Source: Planctomycetota bacterium (lineage in GTDB: Bacteria; Planctomycetota; B15-G4; JADJEK01). Taken from it: a DNA stretch of 64,000 bases. This document shows positions 35,436-45,110 of the stretch, in pieces. The translations under genes and the position numbers were made by a program. The notes below the pieces were generated by a model. The model saw nothing but the letters and a program-made list of their open reading frames with translations, had not been told where the DNA came from and searched no databases. The stretch lies in the NCBI GenBank assembly GCA_044225365.1, contig JBGAIQ010000026.1, positions 1 to 64,000 of the forward strand. Direction: 5' to 3'. Within the stretch, counting starts at the first letter, position 1; each line of letters starts with the position of its first letter.

Positions 35436-37921
35436 CCGACGCGAAGCACGAGCACGGGCTCATCGGCAAGCCGTTCCGCCGGATCGACGGCCGCGCGAAG
35501 GTCACGGGACAGACGAAGTTCGCCGACGACCTCTCGTTCCCCCGCATGGTCCACATGCGCCTGCTGCGCAGCAGTGTCCCCCACGCCCACATCAAGAGCA
35601 TCGACGTCGCGAAGGCGCGGGCGATGCCCGGAGTCGTCGGCGTCCTCACCGGAGACTCGTTCCCGATCCCGTTCGGCATCCTGCCCGTGTCGCAGGACGA
35701 ACACGCGCTCGCCCACGGCAAGGTCCGTTACGTGGGCGATCCCGTCGCCGCCGTTGCCGCGCTCACCGAGGAGCAGGCCCAGGCGGCCTGCCGCGCGATC
35801 GGCGTCGAGTACGAGACCCTGACGACGATCGGCTCCGTCGAGGATGCGCTCGAGAATCCCGCTCCGCAGATCCACGACTACGCGGAACAGGGGAACATCC
35901 ACAAGACGGTTTCGCTGCAGTTCGGCGATTTGGACCAGGGCTTCGCGGAAGCGGATCTCGTGCTCGAGGACACGTTCTTCTACGAGGGCAACACCCACCT
36001 CCCGATGGAGCAGCACGCCACGATCGCCCTTCCCGAGGACGACGATCGAGTGACCGTGTACTCCTCGACCCAGACACCCCACTACCTGCATCGTTCGATC
36101 GCGAAGGTCCTCGAACTCCCAGCCTCGCGAGTGCGCGTGATCGCGTGCCCCAACGGCGGCGGATTCGGCGGCAAGAGCGACCCGTTCAACCATGAGATCG
36201 TGGCGGCCAAGATGGCGCTCGTCACCGGTCGCCCCGTGAAGATCTGCCTCAATCGTGAGGAAGTCTTCTACTGCCATCGCGGTCGCCATCCGGTGCAGAT
36301 GAAACTGCGTACGGGATTCAAGAAGGACGGCTCGATCGCGGCGCAGTATCTCAAGACCGCGCTCGATGGCGGTTCGCACGGCAGCTACGGCGTGGCGAGC
36401 ACGTTCTACACCGGCGCTCTCCAGACCGTGACCTACCAGGTGCCGCGGTACAAGTTCGACTCGATTCGCGCGTTCACCAACAAACCACCGTGCGGACCGA
36501 AGCGTGGCCACGGCACGCCTCAACCACGGTTCGGACTCGAAGTGCAGCTCGACAAGGCCGCTCATGCGCTCGGCATCGACCCGGTCGACATTCGCCTGCG
36601 ACATCTGGTGAGCCCCGAGAGCGTCACCGCGAACTGGCTGAAGGTCAGCACGATCGCGTTGCGACGCTGCATCGAAGCGGTCGTCGACGGCAGCGGATGG
36701 CGCGAGCGGCGCGGCAAGCTCCCTCGGGGCCGCGGGCTCGGACTCGCTTGCGGAGCCTATCTCTGCGGCGCGGGCCTGCCGATCTACTGGAATCACATGC
36801 CGCAATCGGGCGTCCAGCTCAAGCTCGATCGCAGCGGATGCGTCGCCGTGTTCTGCGGTGAGACGGAGATCGGACAGGGCAGCGACTCGATCCTCGGCGC
36901 GATCGTCGCGGACCTTCTCGGCATCGAGATGAAGGACATCCGCCTCTGCGTCGCCGACACCGATCTCACGCCCGTCGATCTCGGCAGCTACAGCTCCCGC
37001 GTCACCCTCATGATGGGCAACGCGGCGAAGCAGGCCGCCGAGCGCGCGCGTGATCTCATCGGCAAGGCCGTCGCCGAGAAGCTCGAGGTCCCGAAGGGTC
37101 GCCTCGTCTTCGCGGGACGCCGCGTGTTCGACTGCGAGGATCCGAACCGCGGCATGACCTTCGCCGAGGCCGTGCAATGCGCCGAAACGGCATTCGGCAC
37201 GCTCGGAACGACGGGAAGCTACATCCCGCCGCGCTCGCCCGGCCGCTACAAGGGCGCGGGTGTCGGACCGTCGCCGACGTATTCGTACAGCGCAGCGATC
37301 GTGGAGGTCGAGGTCGACGAATCGACGGGCATGGTCGAGGTCGAGCACGTGTGGATGGCGCACGACATCGGCAAAGCGCTCAATCCCGCCCTCGTGATGG
37401 GCCAGGTCGAAGGCAGCATCTACATGGGTCTCGGCGAGGCGTTGATGGAGGAGCAGATCTTCCGCCGACTGCCGAAATCGAAATCGAACGCGCTGGTCCA
37501 CAAGTTCCCGTCGCTCCTGGAATACAAGAGCCCGACGTTCGCCGACATGCCGAAGATGACGACGTACCTGATCGAGGACCCCGATCCCCGCGGACCGTTC
37601 GGCGCGAAGGAGGTCGGACAGGGACCGCTGCTGCCGATGCCGCCCGCGATCTGCAACGCGATCTTCGATGCGGTCGGCGTCCGCATCGATCAAGTGCCCG
37701 TCCAGCCGCACATGATCCGGAAGGCGCTCGAGGAGAAGGAGAAGGGCCGTGAGCCGCGCTTCGGCCCGAAGTCGTTCCCCGAGTTCCCCTGGATCGAGCC
37801 GCTCATCGTGAAGACACCGCAGGAAGGCGGCGACGGCACCGCCGAGAATCCCGAAGTGCGCGGCGTCAAGGAAGGTTCCGGAACGATGGCGGAGCGCGAG
37901 CGCCCGCTGCGGGAGGTCTGA
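35432..37921 (+). CDS. hcrA: Molybdopterin-binding subunit, 4-hydroxybenzoyl-CoA reductase alpha-like
   Basis: RIDGRAKVTG, GGGFGGK, KRGHGTPQ, EIGQG, DLGSYSSRVT, GQVEG, GAKEVGQ. Confidence 0.75.
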   Translation: MTDAKHEHGLIGKPFRRIDGRAKVTGQTKFADDLSFPRMVHMRLLRSSVPHAHIKSIDVAKARAMPGVVGVLTGDSFPIPFGILPVSQDEHALAHGKVRYVGDPVAAVAALTEEQAQAACRAIGVEYETLTTIGSVEDALENPAPQIHDYAEQGNIHKTVSLQFGDLDQGFAEADLVLEDTFFYEGNTHLPMEQHATIALPEDDDRVTVYSSTQTPHYLHRSIAKVLELPASRVRVIACPNGGGFGGKSDPFNHEIVAAKMALVTGRPVKICLNREEVFYCHRGRHPVQMKLRTGFKKDGSIAAQYLKTALDGGSHGSYGVASTFYTGALQTVTYQVPRYKFDSIRAFTNKPPCGPKRGHGTPQPRFGLEVQLDKAAHALGIDPVDIRLRHLVSPESVTANWLKVSTIALRRCIEAVVDGSGWRERRGKLPRGRGLGLACGAYLCGAGLPIYWNHMPQSGVQLKLDRSGCVAVFCGETEIGQGSDSILGAIVADLLGIEMKDIRLCVADTDLTPVDLGSYSSRVTLMMGNAAKQAAERARDLIGKAVAEKLEVPKGRLVFAGRRVFDCEDPNRGMTFAEAVQCAETAFGTLGTTGSYIPPRSPGRYKGAGVGPSPTYSYSAAIVEVEVDESTGMVEVEHVWMAHDIGKALNPALVMGQVEGSIYMGLGEALMEEQIFRRLPKSKSNALVHKFPSLLEYKSPTFADMPKMTTYLIEDPDPRGPFGAKEVGQGPLLPMPPAICNAIFDAVGVRIDQVPVQPHMIRKALEEKEKGREPRFGPKSFPEFPWIEPLIVKTPQEGGDGTAENPEVRGVKEGSGTMAERERPLREV

Positions 37922-37925
37922 AGTC

Positions 37926-38960
37926 ATGATGCGTCTACCCGAGTTCCGACTCACCCAGCCGAAATCGATCGAAGATGCCGTCTCCATCCTGCAGGGCGAA
38001 GGCGACGCAGCCCGACTCGTCGCGGGCGGGACCGACCTCTATCCGAATCTGAAGCGCGGCCATCAGACGGCGCGCGTCCTCGTGTCGCTGCGCCGTCTCG
38101 GCGGGCTCTCGACGATCGAGGGCGACGCCGTCCGCGGCGTGACGATCGGCGCCATGACGACGCTCGCCGCGATCACGCGCAATGCCATGCTCGTGAAGCA
38201 CTATCCGGGCGTGGTCCGCGCCGTCGCATCGATCTCGACGCCGACCCTGCGTCACATGGGAACGATCGGCGGTAACCTCTGCCTCGACACGCGCTGCACC
38301 TACTACGACCAGAACGAAGAGTGGCGCGAAGCGATCGACCACTGCATGAAGTGCGAGGGTTCGATCTGTTGGGTCGCCCCCAGTTCGCCGCGCTGTTGGG
38401 CGATCTCCGCGGCGGACTCGATTCCCGTGCTCTGCGCGCTCGGTGCCCGCGTTCGGCTCGCGTCGAAGGTCGGCGATCGCGAGATCCCGCTCGTCGATCT
38501 CTACGCCGACGATGGAATGCGCTACCTGACGATTCGACCCGGTGAACTCCTCACCGCCCTCGTCCTGCCGCCGGCGGCCGCGGTCCGCACGACCTACTGG
38601 AAACTACGGCGCCGTGGCTCCATCGACTTCCCGGTGCTCGGCGTCGGCGCGGCGATCGAGCAGAGCGCCGGTGTCGTGAGATCGGCACGGATCTTCCTCG
38701 GCGCCGTCGCGTCCGCGCCACTCGCGGCGGCGAAGGCGGCGGAGTCGCTCGTCGGCCATCCGCTGACCGAGGACGCCGCGAACCAGGCCGGAAAGCTCGC
38801 GCGATCGGTCGCGACTCCGCTCGACAACACCGACTTCGCGATGCAGTGGCGCGCGAAGATGGTCGAAGTCTACGTCGAAGGCGCGCTTCGCGAGATCGGC
38901 GGGCTCCCGTCGCGAACGAAGTCGCCCCCGCACGGTCGTTTCGCGATTCAAGGATCTTGA
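37926..38960 (+). CDS. hcrB: FAD subunit with an extra 4Fe-4S insertion, HcrB-like
   Basis: AGGTDL; TIGGNLCLDTRC-TYYDQNEEWR...C..C...C...C Cys-rich insertion typical of HcrB; KLRRRGSIDF. Confidence 0.8.
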   Translation: MMRLPEFRLTQPKSIEDAVSILQGEGDAARLVAGGTDLYPNLKRGHQTARVLVSLRRLGGLSTIEGDAVRGVTIGAMTTLAAITRNAMLVKHYPGVVRAVASISTPTLRHMGTIGGNLCLDTRCTYYDQNEEWREAIDHCMKCEGSICWVAPSSPRCWAISAADSIPVLCALGARVRLASKVGDREIPLVDLYADDGMRYLTIRPGELLTALVLPPAAAVRTTYWKLRRRGSIDFPVLGVGAAIEQSAGVVRSARIFLGAVASAPLAAAKAAESLVGHPLTEDAANQAGKLARSVATPLDNTDFAMQWRAKMVEVYVEGALREIGGLPSRTKSPPHGRFAIQGS

Positions 38961-38996
38961 TCGCCGCACGAAGGTTTTCCGCCTCGCGCGAGCCCG

Positions 38997-41153
38997 TCAT
39001 TCCATCGAAGCCGCCCGCTCCGCGGGGGGCTTCGTCGTACCGTTCGTGTGCACACCGTTCATGGGTGGCGACGGGGACGGCGACGGTGCCGGCGAACCTG
39101 CGAGCGCAGCGAGAGCGGTCCCGGACAGCAGGAGATCGTACTTCTCCTCGGCGGTGAGCGAGCTCGGTCCACCGAGGCGGTACTTCAGGACGTTTCCATC
39201 CCGCCGGTGGGCATCGAGCAACGACACGCCCGTGTCGGGCACCACCGAGCACCGCAGGTGGACGTCGCGAACGCGCGCGTCCTCGACCACCCGCTGAAGT
39301 CCGTCGCCCGCGATCGAGGCCTCGCGGGCCTGACGCATCGCGATCTCCTCCCGCAGGCGCGACAACACTTGGAGCGGATCGGTCTCCTCGGGAGTGAGCA
39401 GCAGCCCGAGATCGCGCACTCGCTGTCCGCTCGCCATTCGACTCGTGTACCACGAGAGCGGGATCGCGAGACACATCCCGCCGATCACGGGAAGCAGCCA
39501 AGGCACGAGTTCCGGCACGAACCGAATCGCGATGTAGCCCCACACGAGACCGAGCAGCGTCGTTCCGAAGTGCCGCTTCGCCGCTTCGGCGAACGGAGTC
39601 CCGACGTCGTCGCGCTCCTGCGCGGTCCATCGCACCTTCTTGCCGAGCAACGTGAAGACGACGAACTGGGTCTGGAGCACGGCGAGAACGGGAGCGAGCA
39701 GCATCGAGAACAAGCTCTCGACGACGACGCTCTCGAACACATTGCTCGCCCCGCCGAAGCGCTTTCGCGTCGGACGGTCGAGGATGATCGAGAGCGCGGC
39801 GAAGAGCTTCGGCAGGAACAGCATCGCCATGATGCAGCCGAACAACAGACCGGTCTCGGCCGACGTCGACACCTGCCAGATCGGGAACAAGGTGTCGCTC
39901 GAGCCGAAGTAGTCGTGGCCGACGATCGCCTGACGTACCGCCTCGGCGGTCGCGAGCAACAGGAGGAGCAGCCACAACGGAGAGCTCACGTAGGCCATGA
40001 TCCCCATGAGGAGATGGACGCGGCTCACGAGGTTGAGTCGTGGAAAGAACAGCAGGCGGGCGTGCTGCAGGTTTCCCTGACACCACCTTCGGTCCCGAGC
40101 GGCGTAATCGACGAGCGTCGGCGGCGGTTCCTCGTAGCTTCCCGCGAGGTCGCTCGCGAGCCACACCCCGTATCCCGCGCGGCGCATGAACGCGGCCTCG
40201 ATGAAGTCGTGACTCATGATGTGGCCGGAGAGTGGCCCGCTGCCCGGAAGTCGCGGCAATCGGCAGTGTTCGAGGAACGGCTTCAACCGGATGATCGCGT
40301 TGTGTCCGTAGTAGTTGCCCTCGCCACATTGGACGTAGTTGAGCCCTGCCTGGAACAGCGGTCCGTAGGCTCGCGCCGCGAATTGCTGCAGGCGCCCGAA
40401 AAGCGTGTTCTTGTTCGCGGGAACGGGCGGCGCCTGGATGATGCCCACCGTGGGATTCGCCTCCATCAGGCGAACGAGCGCGACGATCGTTGCGCCGCGG
40501 ATCACCGAGTCGGCGTCGAACACGATCATGTATCGATAGTCGCCGGCATAGCGGGTACAGAAGTCCCAGATGTTGCCGGCCTTCTGCTCGGTGTTCCGCG
40601 GCCGTTTGCGATAGTGCAGCCGATCGGGTCGCGACAGCGAACGCCGCAGCTCGTCGTAGACGAGCTCCTCTTCGACCCAGAGGTCCGGATTCGTCGTGTC
40701 GCTCAGGATGAAGATGTCGAACTCGTCGAGGTGCCCCGTGCGCTCGAGCGACTCGTAGGTGGCGATGATCCCGGCCGAGACGCGATGCGGATCCTCGTTG
40801 TGAACCGGAACGACGATCGCGGTCCGCGATGGCAGTGGCCCCGCTTCCGCGAGCCCCTTTCCCCGAGTGAGCGCGATCGGATCGCCTCCACGCAGCCGCA
40901 CGTAGAAACCCGCGACACCGATCCAGAACGAAATGGCGATCGGGAACATCAGCATCACGAACAGTGCGAAGATCGCGCGCTCGAGATCGGTGTAACCGTT
41001 CGCGAGCAGGAGATCGTGCATGTGGCGGGCGGCGATCACGATCGTGGCGAGGACGAGCGTGGAGAACAGCAAGCGACGCAGCCGCTTCGTGGTCGCGTGG
41101 GACGGACCGACGTTCGTTTCGCTGCGGAGGTTGTCGTCTTCGACTTCGTTCAT
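38997..41153 (-). CDS. opgH: Osmoregulated periplasmic glucan glucosyltransferase OpgH/MdoH
   Basis: PVHNED, FILSDT, KAGNI, DADS, YYGHNAIIR, SHDFIEA, RDRRWCQGNLQH. Confidence 0.95.
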   Translation of the reverse strand: MNEVEDDNLRSETNVGPSHATTKRLRRLLFSTLVLATIVIAARHMHDLLLANGYTDLERAIFALFVMLMFPIAISFWIGVAGFYVRLRGGDPIALTRGKGLAEAGPLPSRTAIVVPVHNEDPHRVSAGIIATYESLERTGHLDEFDIFILSDTTNPDLWVEEELVYDELRRSLSRPDRLHYRKRPRNTEQKAGNIWDFCTRYAGDYRYMIVFDADSVIRGATIVALVRLMEANPTVGIIQAPPVPANKNTLFGRLQQFAARAYGPLFQAGLNYVQCGEGNYYGHNAIIRLKPFLEHCRLPRLPGSGPLSGHIMSHDFIEAAFMRRAGYGVWLASDLAGSYEEPPPTLVDYAARDRRWCQGNLQHARLLFFPRLNLVSRVHLLMGIMAYVSSPLWLLLLLLATAEAVRQAIVGHDYFGSSDTLFPIWQVSTSAETGLLFGCIMAMLFLPKLFAALSIILDRPTRKRFGGASNVFESVVVESLFSMLLAPVLAVLQTQFVVFTLLGKKVRWTAQERDDVGTPFAEAAKRHFGTTLLGLVWGYIAIRFVPELVPWLLPVIGGMCLAIPLSWYTSRMASGQRVRDLGLLLTPEETDPLQVLSRLREEIAMRQAREASIAGDGLQRVVEDARVRDVHLRCSVVPDTGVSLLDAHRRDGNVLKYRLGGPSSLTAEEKYDLLLSGTALAALAGSPAPSPSPSPPMNGVHTNGTTKPPAERAASME

Positions 41154-42739
41154 GGCGTGACGTACGAATAGACCCAAGTCTCGCTCACTGCCGCATCACC
41201 GACGAGAAGCCTCGCAGTGAGATCGACCTCACCGGAATCGCCCGTCCAATCGAAGGCGAGTCGCCACGTCCCCGCCGCCTCGTTGCGCTGGACGACGATC
41301 TCGCTGACCTTTCCTCGGCTCGACGTCACGCGCGCGGTCGGCGCCGGCCGGACGTCGTCGCTCTTGCTCGCAAGCCCGCGAGGGTCGCGGAACTCGATCA
41401 CGAACAACGATGCATCGCCCGCGCCGCGGGCGTGGACGCGAGTCGAATCGACGCGCAGGTTCTTCTCGTCCGCAGGTTCGTCGACCGGATCGCCACTCGG
41501 CGCGACGACGGCGTACGAGAACTCCGCGCTCTCGCCCTCGCGCAGCACGTCCTGAGGTACGAAGTACGCGACGATGTTGTCGTGGATCTCGAGGTCGGTC
41601 GGGATCTCGACGAGTTCGACCGCGCCGTTCTCGAAACCATGTTCGGGCACCACCCACAGGCTCGGACGCTTCTCGAAGCGACTCTCGATGTCCTGGTAGT
41701 CGCGGAATTCGCGATCGCGCTGCAGCAGCCCGAAACCGCGAGCGCCCGACGCATCGAAACGACTCACTCGATGGGTACGCTCGGGATTACGGAGCGGACG
41801 GAAGATCCACGATCCGTCCTTCGCCGCGACGAGGAGCGAATCGGAGTCATGCACCTCGGGGCGGAAGTCCGCGGGACGCCGGACGCGATCCTCGCCGAAG
41901 AGAAACATGCTGGTGAGCGGCGCGATGCCGAGCTTCGCCACCGTGGCGCGCGCGAACAGCTTGACGCGCACTCGGACGACCGACGCGTCGCCCGGTTCGA
42001 ACGTGAACTCGTAGGCGCCGGAGAGGCTCTTGCTGTCGAGCCACGCCTGCACGCGGAGTTGCTTCGCATCGGCGGCGGGCTTCTCGATCCAGAACTCGCG
42101 GAACGATGGAAACTCCTCGCCCTCGGGCTCTGCGGTGTTGACGGCGAGTCCGCGCGCCGAGATCCCGTAGACTTGATTGCGACTCAGCATGCGGAAGTAC
42201 GACGCGCCGAGGAACACTCCCAATTCGTCCTTGTAGTCGTCGCGATTCAACGCGCAATGCACGCGGAAACCGGCGAAACCAAGGTCGGTCGGCAACCCCG
42301 CATCCTTCAGGGTCGGCGCGACGCTCGGACCGAACTCGAACGACTCACCACGATACGCAACGAGGCTCGCCACGCCGTTCTCGACGACGTGGAGGACGAC
42401 CGGTGCGCGGTAGAGATATCCGCGGTGGAACAACTGGATCTCGAACGGCAGCCCTTCGGGATGGAAGAGCGCGGCCGCCGGATGGAATCGAATGTCGCGA
42501 TACTGGTCGTACCCCAGGTTCGCGAGCGGCGCCGGCAGATCCTCCGAAGGGCGAGAGTAGGGCCGCGTCGCGGCTTCCTTCGCGATCGCAGCGACCTGAT
42601 CGAATCCGAACGCAGCGGGCTTCTCGTCCTGGTGAAGGGCGCGAGCGTTCGGCTCTCCGAACCCGCTCCATAAGACAGCGAGGACTGCGAAGCGCGGAAC
42701 GGATCGAAGGGATCGTAGGAAAGTACGTACGGCGTTCAT
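41150..42739 (-). CDS. opgG: Periplasmic glucan biosynthesis protein OpgG/MdoG (OpgD/G family)
   Basis: YDQYRDIRF, FLGASYFR, YGISARGLA, EEFPSFREFW, APLTSMF, DFRPEVHDSD, GFGLLQRDR, SETWVY; start uncertain. Confidence 0.9.
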   Translation of the reverse strand: MNAVRTFLRSLRSVPRFAVLAVLWSGFGEPNARALHQDEKPAAFGFDQVAAIAKEAATRPYSRPSEDLPAPLANLGYDQYRDIRFHPAAALFHPEGLPFEIQLFHRGYLYRAPVVLHVVENGVASLVAYRGESFEFGPSVAPTLKDAGLPTDLGFAGFRVHCALNRDDYKDELGVFLGASYFRMLSRNQVYGISARGLAVNTAEPEGEEFPSFREFWIEKPAADAKQLRVQAWLDSKSLSGAYEFTFEPGDASVVRVRVKLFARATVAKLGIAPLTSMFLFGEDRVRRPADFRPEVHDSDSLLVAAKDGSWIFRPLRNPERTHRVSRFDASGARGFGLLQRDREFRDYQDIESRFEKRPSLWVVPEHGFENGAVELVEIPTDLEIHDNIVAYFVPQDVLREGESAEFSYAVVAPSGDPVDEPADEKNLRVDSTRVHARGAGDASLFVIEFRDPRGLASKSDDVRPAPTARVTSSRGKVSEIVVQRNEAAGTWRLAFDWTGDSGEVDLTARLLVGDAAVSETWVYSYVTP

Positions 42740-42843
42740 GAGGGGCTGCGAAGAGAGAGGTCCCAAGCGCGATGCGAGTTCGGAGGAGCGGACGACGCCG
42801 CACCCCGCGAACAGCATCGGCGACCGAATGGATGGCGCAACCT

Positions 42844-42859
42844 CGCGAAAGCCGTGCCT
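42844..42859 (-). promoter_or_regulatory. Candidate sigma54 promoter of opgGH
   Basis: Minus strand AGGCACGGCTTTCGCG has GG-N10-GC spacing with GGCACG at -24. Confidence 0.5.
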
Positions 42860-42993
42860 TCACCGCGAAAGACCGACCGATTGGGTCGCTCCCTCTTTCG
42901 CGGTTCCACGGGGATCGATGGGTGCTGGGGCGGCAGGAAGCCGCTGGCTACTTCCACGGACTGCTTCGGGGATTCGTATCGGAACGCGGGCGG

Positions 42994-43071
42994 TGGTGAC
43001 CCTGACGGGATTTGAACCCGTGTTACCGCCTTGAAAGGGCGATGTCCTAGACCGGTCTAGACGACAGGGCC
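42994..43071 (-). tRNA. tRNA-Glu(TTC)
   Basis: GGCCCTGTCGTCTAG...TCGCC-CTTTCAA-GGCGG...GGTTCAAATCC...TCACCA. Confidence 0.95.
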
Positions 43072-43177
43072 ATCCGCCGCGAATGTAGAAACGGAAGACG
43101 GTAGGGAGCACGATCGCAATCGTCAAGCGATGCTGCGCGGAACGCCGCGATCTTTGCGATCCGCACGAGGGTCGGGC

Positions 43178-43504
43178 TCACCCGTCGTCTTCGATTCCGA
43201 GGATCTCTCGTCCTTTGGGCGAGATCTTGGTCGCGTTCCATCGCGGCTCCCAGACGACGGCGACGTCACAGGTCGTGACTCCCTCGATCCGCGCCACGAC
43301 CTTCTTGATGTCGTCCGGGATCTGCTTCGCTGATGGACAGGACTCGGAGGTCAACGTCATCACGATCTTCACGGCGCCCGCCGCATCGACCGCGACGTCG
43401 TAGATGAGCCCGAAGTTCCAGACGTCGACCGGGATCTCCGGATCGAAGACCTGCTCGAGGGCCGCGATGACCTGTTCCTTGGCGACGGGGGCAACTGTGC
43501 TCAT
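43178..43504 (-). CDS. Metal-sulfur cluster assembly factor (DUF59/SufT/PaaD-like)
   Basis: VFDPEIPVDVWNFGLIY, MTLTSESCP, VWEPRW. Confidence 0.9.
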   Translation of the reverse strand: MSTVAPVAKEQVIAALEQVFDPEIPVDVWNFGLIYDVAVDAAGAVKIVMTLTSESCPSAKQIPDDIKKVVARIEGVTTCDVAVVWEPRWNATKISPKGREILGIEDDG

Positions 43505-43616
43505 GACTCTCACCTCGTGCCGAACGTTAGCGTGTCCGCGGCGTCGTGCACGGGCGCGCGGTGGTTTCGTGATGGGCGATCCGGCGCGACGCGGAACGAG
43601 GAGAACCGAGAGAAAA

Positions 43617-43692
43617 TGGTGAGGGCAGGGGGACTCGAACCCACGACCCGCTGCTTAAAAGGCAGCTGCTCTACCACCTGAGCTATGCCCCC
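43617..43692 (-). tRNA. tRNA-Lys(TTT)
   Basis: GGGGGCATAGCTCAGGTGGTAGAGCA-GCTGC-CTTTTAA-GCAGC...GGTTCGAGTCC...TCACCA. Confidence 0.96.
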
Positions 43693-43774
43693 ACCTGGAA
43701 TTCGTTGAACTCGATCGACTGTTCCTTCGAGACTCAGTGCGACCCGTGCAGCACGAAGCACGGGCGAACTACGA

Positions 43775-44323
43775 TCAGGTCTCGAGGATCTCCTTCTTCT
43801 TCGCGCCGAGGACGGCGTCGACCTCGGCTTCGGAAGCCTTCAGGATCTTCTGAATCTCTTCCTTGCCGCGCTCGATCTCGTCGTCGGTGAGCTCGCTCTC
43901 CTCGACCTTCTTCACTTGATCGCGGCGCAGATTGCGGAGCGACACCTTGGTCTGCTCCGACATCTCCTTCACGCGACCAACGAGCTTGTTGCGCTGCTCC
44001 TCGGACATCTCGGGAACGGTGAGACGAACGACCTTTCCGTCGCTCTGGGGCGTGATCCCGACCTCGCTCTTCTGGATCGCCTTCTCGATCTCCTTCACGG
44101 CGGAGACGTCGAAGGGCTTGATCATGAGCGAGCGCGGCTCGGGGATCGTGATCGACGCCAGGTTCTTGAGCGGCGTCGGACTCCCGTAGTAATCGACGCG
44201 GATGTTCTCGACGAGTGCTGGCGAGGCACGTCCCGACCGCAGACCCTTGGTCTCGTCGTGGAAGTGCGCGATCGCCTTCTTCATCTTGTCCTTGGTCTCG
44301 TCGATGATCTGCTTGTAGAGCAT
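43775..44323 (-). CDS. frr: Ribosome recycling factor
   Basis: LRSGRASP..VDYYG.PTPL; VSLRNLRRD; follows pyrH. Confidence 0.97.
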   Translation of the reverse strand: MLYKQIIDETKDKMKKAIAHFHDETKGLRSGRASPALVENIRVDYYGSPTPLKNLASITIPEPRSLMIKPFDVSAVKEIEKAIQKSEVGITPQSDGKVVRLTVPEMSEEQRNKLVGRVKEMSEQTKVSLRNLRRDQVKKVEESELTDDEIERGKEEIQKILKASEAEVDAVLGAKKKEILET

Positions 44324-44377
44324 GGGGGCCCCTCCAGGGCGGCAATGCAGACGGCTCCGCCGACCGGCGGAGCGTCG

Positions 44378-45106
44378 TCACTCGGAGATCACTGTACCGA
44401 TCGGCTCGCCCTGCGCAGCGCGCAGAACGTTGCCCGGCACGGTCAGATCGAACACCACGATCGGCATCCGCGTCTCCTGGCACAAGGTGATCGCAGTGAG
44501 ATCCATCACCTTGTAGCGCTCCTGCACGACCTGCGTGTAGGTGAGACGCGAGAGTCGCTTCGCCGTGGGATCGCGCTTCGGGTCGGCGGTGTAGACGCCG
44601 TCGACCTTCGTGGCCTTCAAGAGGACGTCGGCCTCGATCTCCTTCGCTCGTAACGCGGCCGTCGTATCCGTCGTGAAATACGGATTGCCAGTACCGCCGA
44701 CGAGGATCGGGATGCGGCCCTTCTCCATGTGACGGATGGCCCGACGCAGGATGAAGGGCTCGCAGATCGCGATCATCGTGATCGCCGAACAGATGCGAGT
44801 CTCGGAGCCGATCTTCTCGAGCGCGTCGCCGAGCGCGAGACCGTTCATCACCGTCGCGAGCATGCCGGCCTGATCCGCCGTCGAGCGGTTCATGCCGAAG
44901 GCCGCGACCTCGGCGCCTCGCAACAGGTTTCCGCCGCCGACCACCACGGCGATCTCGATGCCGTGCATCCGCGTGTCGTGGATCTCTTTCGCGATCCGCT
45001 GCAGATGGTTGACGTCGAGATTGACTCCCTTCCCGCCAAAGACCTCACCCGAGATCTTGAGCAGGATTCGCTTGTACGGGCGCGGCGACGCGGAGTCGTT
45101 CGCCAA
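44378..45106 (-). CDS. pyrH: UMP kinase
   Basis: KRILLKISGE, GGGN, GMLATVMN, GTGNPYFTTDT, KVMDLTA. Confidence 0.97.
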   Translation of the reverse strand: MANDSASPRPYKRILLKISGEVFGGKGVNLDVNHLQRIAKEIHDTRMHGIEIAVVVGGGNLLRGAEVAAFGMNRSTADQAGMLATVMNGLALGDALEKIGSETRICSAITMIAICEPFILRRAIRHMEKGRIPILVGGTGNPYFTTDTTAALRAKEIEADVLLKATKVDGVYTADPKRDPTAKRLSRLTYTQVVQERYKVMDLTAITLCQETRMPIVVFDLTVPGNVLRAAQGEPIGTVISE

Positions 45107-45110
45107 GGCC

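Noticed and set aside
35432-37921. Aerobic CO dehydrogenase CoxL
   Set aside because: Lacks the AYxCSFR / AYRGAGR loop (has PKRGHG) and is paired with an HcrB-type FAD subunit.
35195-37987. 930-aa antisense ORF, and similar long shadow ORFs (1223-3397, 12617-14620, 18225-20555, 39048-41171, 52942-54927, 58137-60071, 61737-63287)
   Set aside because: They mirror well-supported genes on the opposite strand, as expected from GC-rich codon bias, and show no motifs.
42994-43692. tRNA-Glu and tRNA-Lys as island integration sites
   Set aside because: No duplicated tRNA 3' end or integrase was seen in the window.
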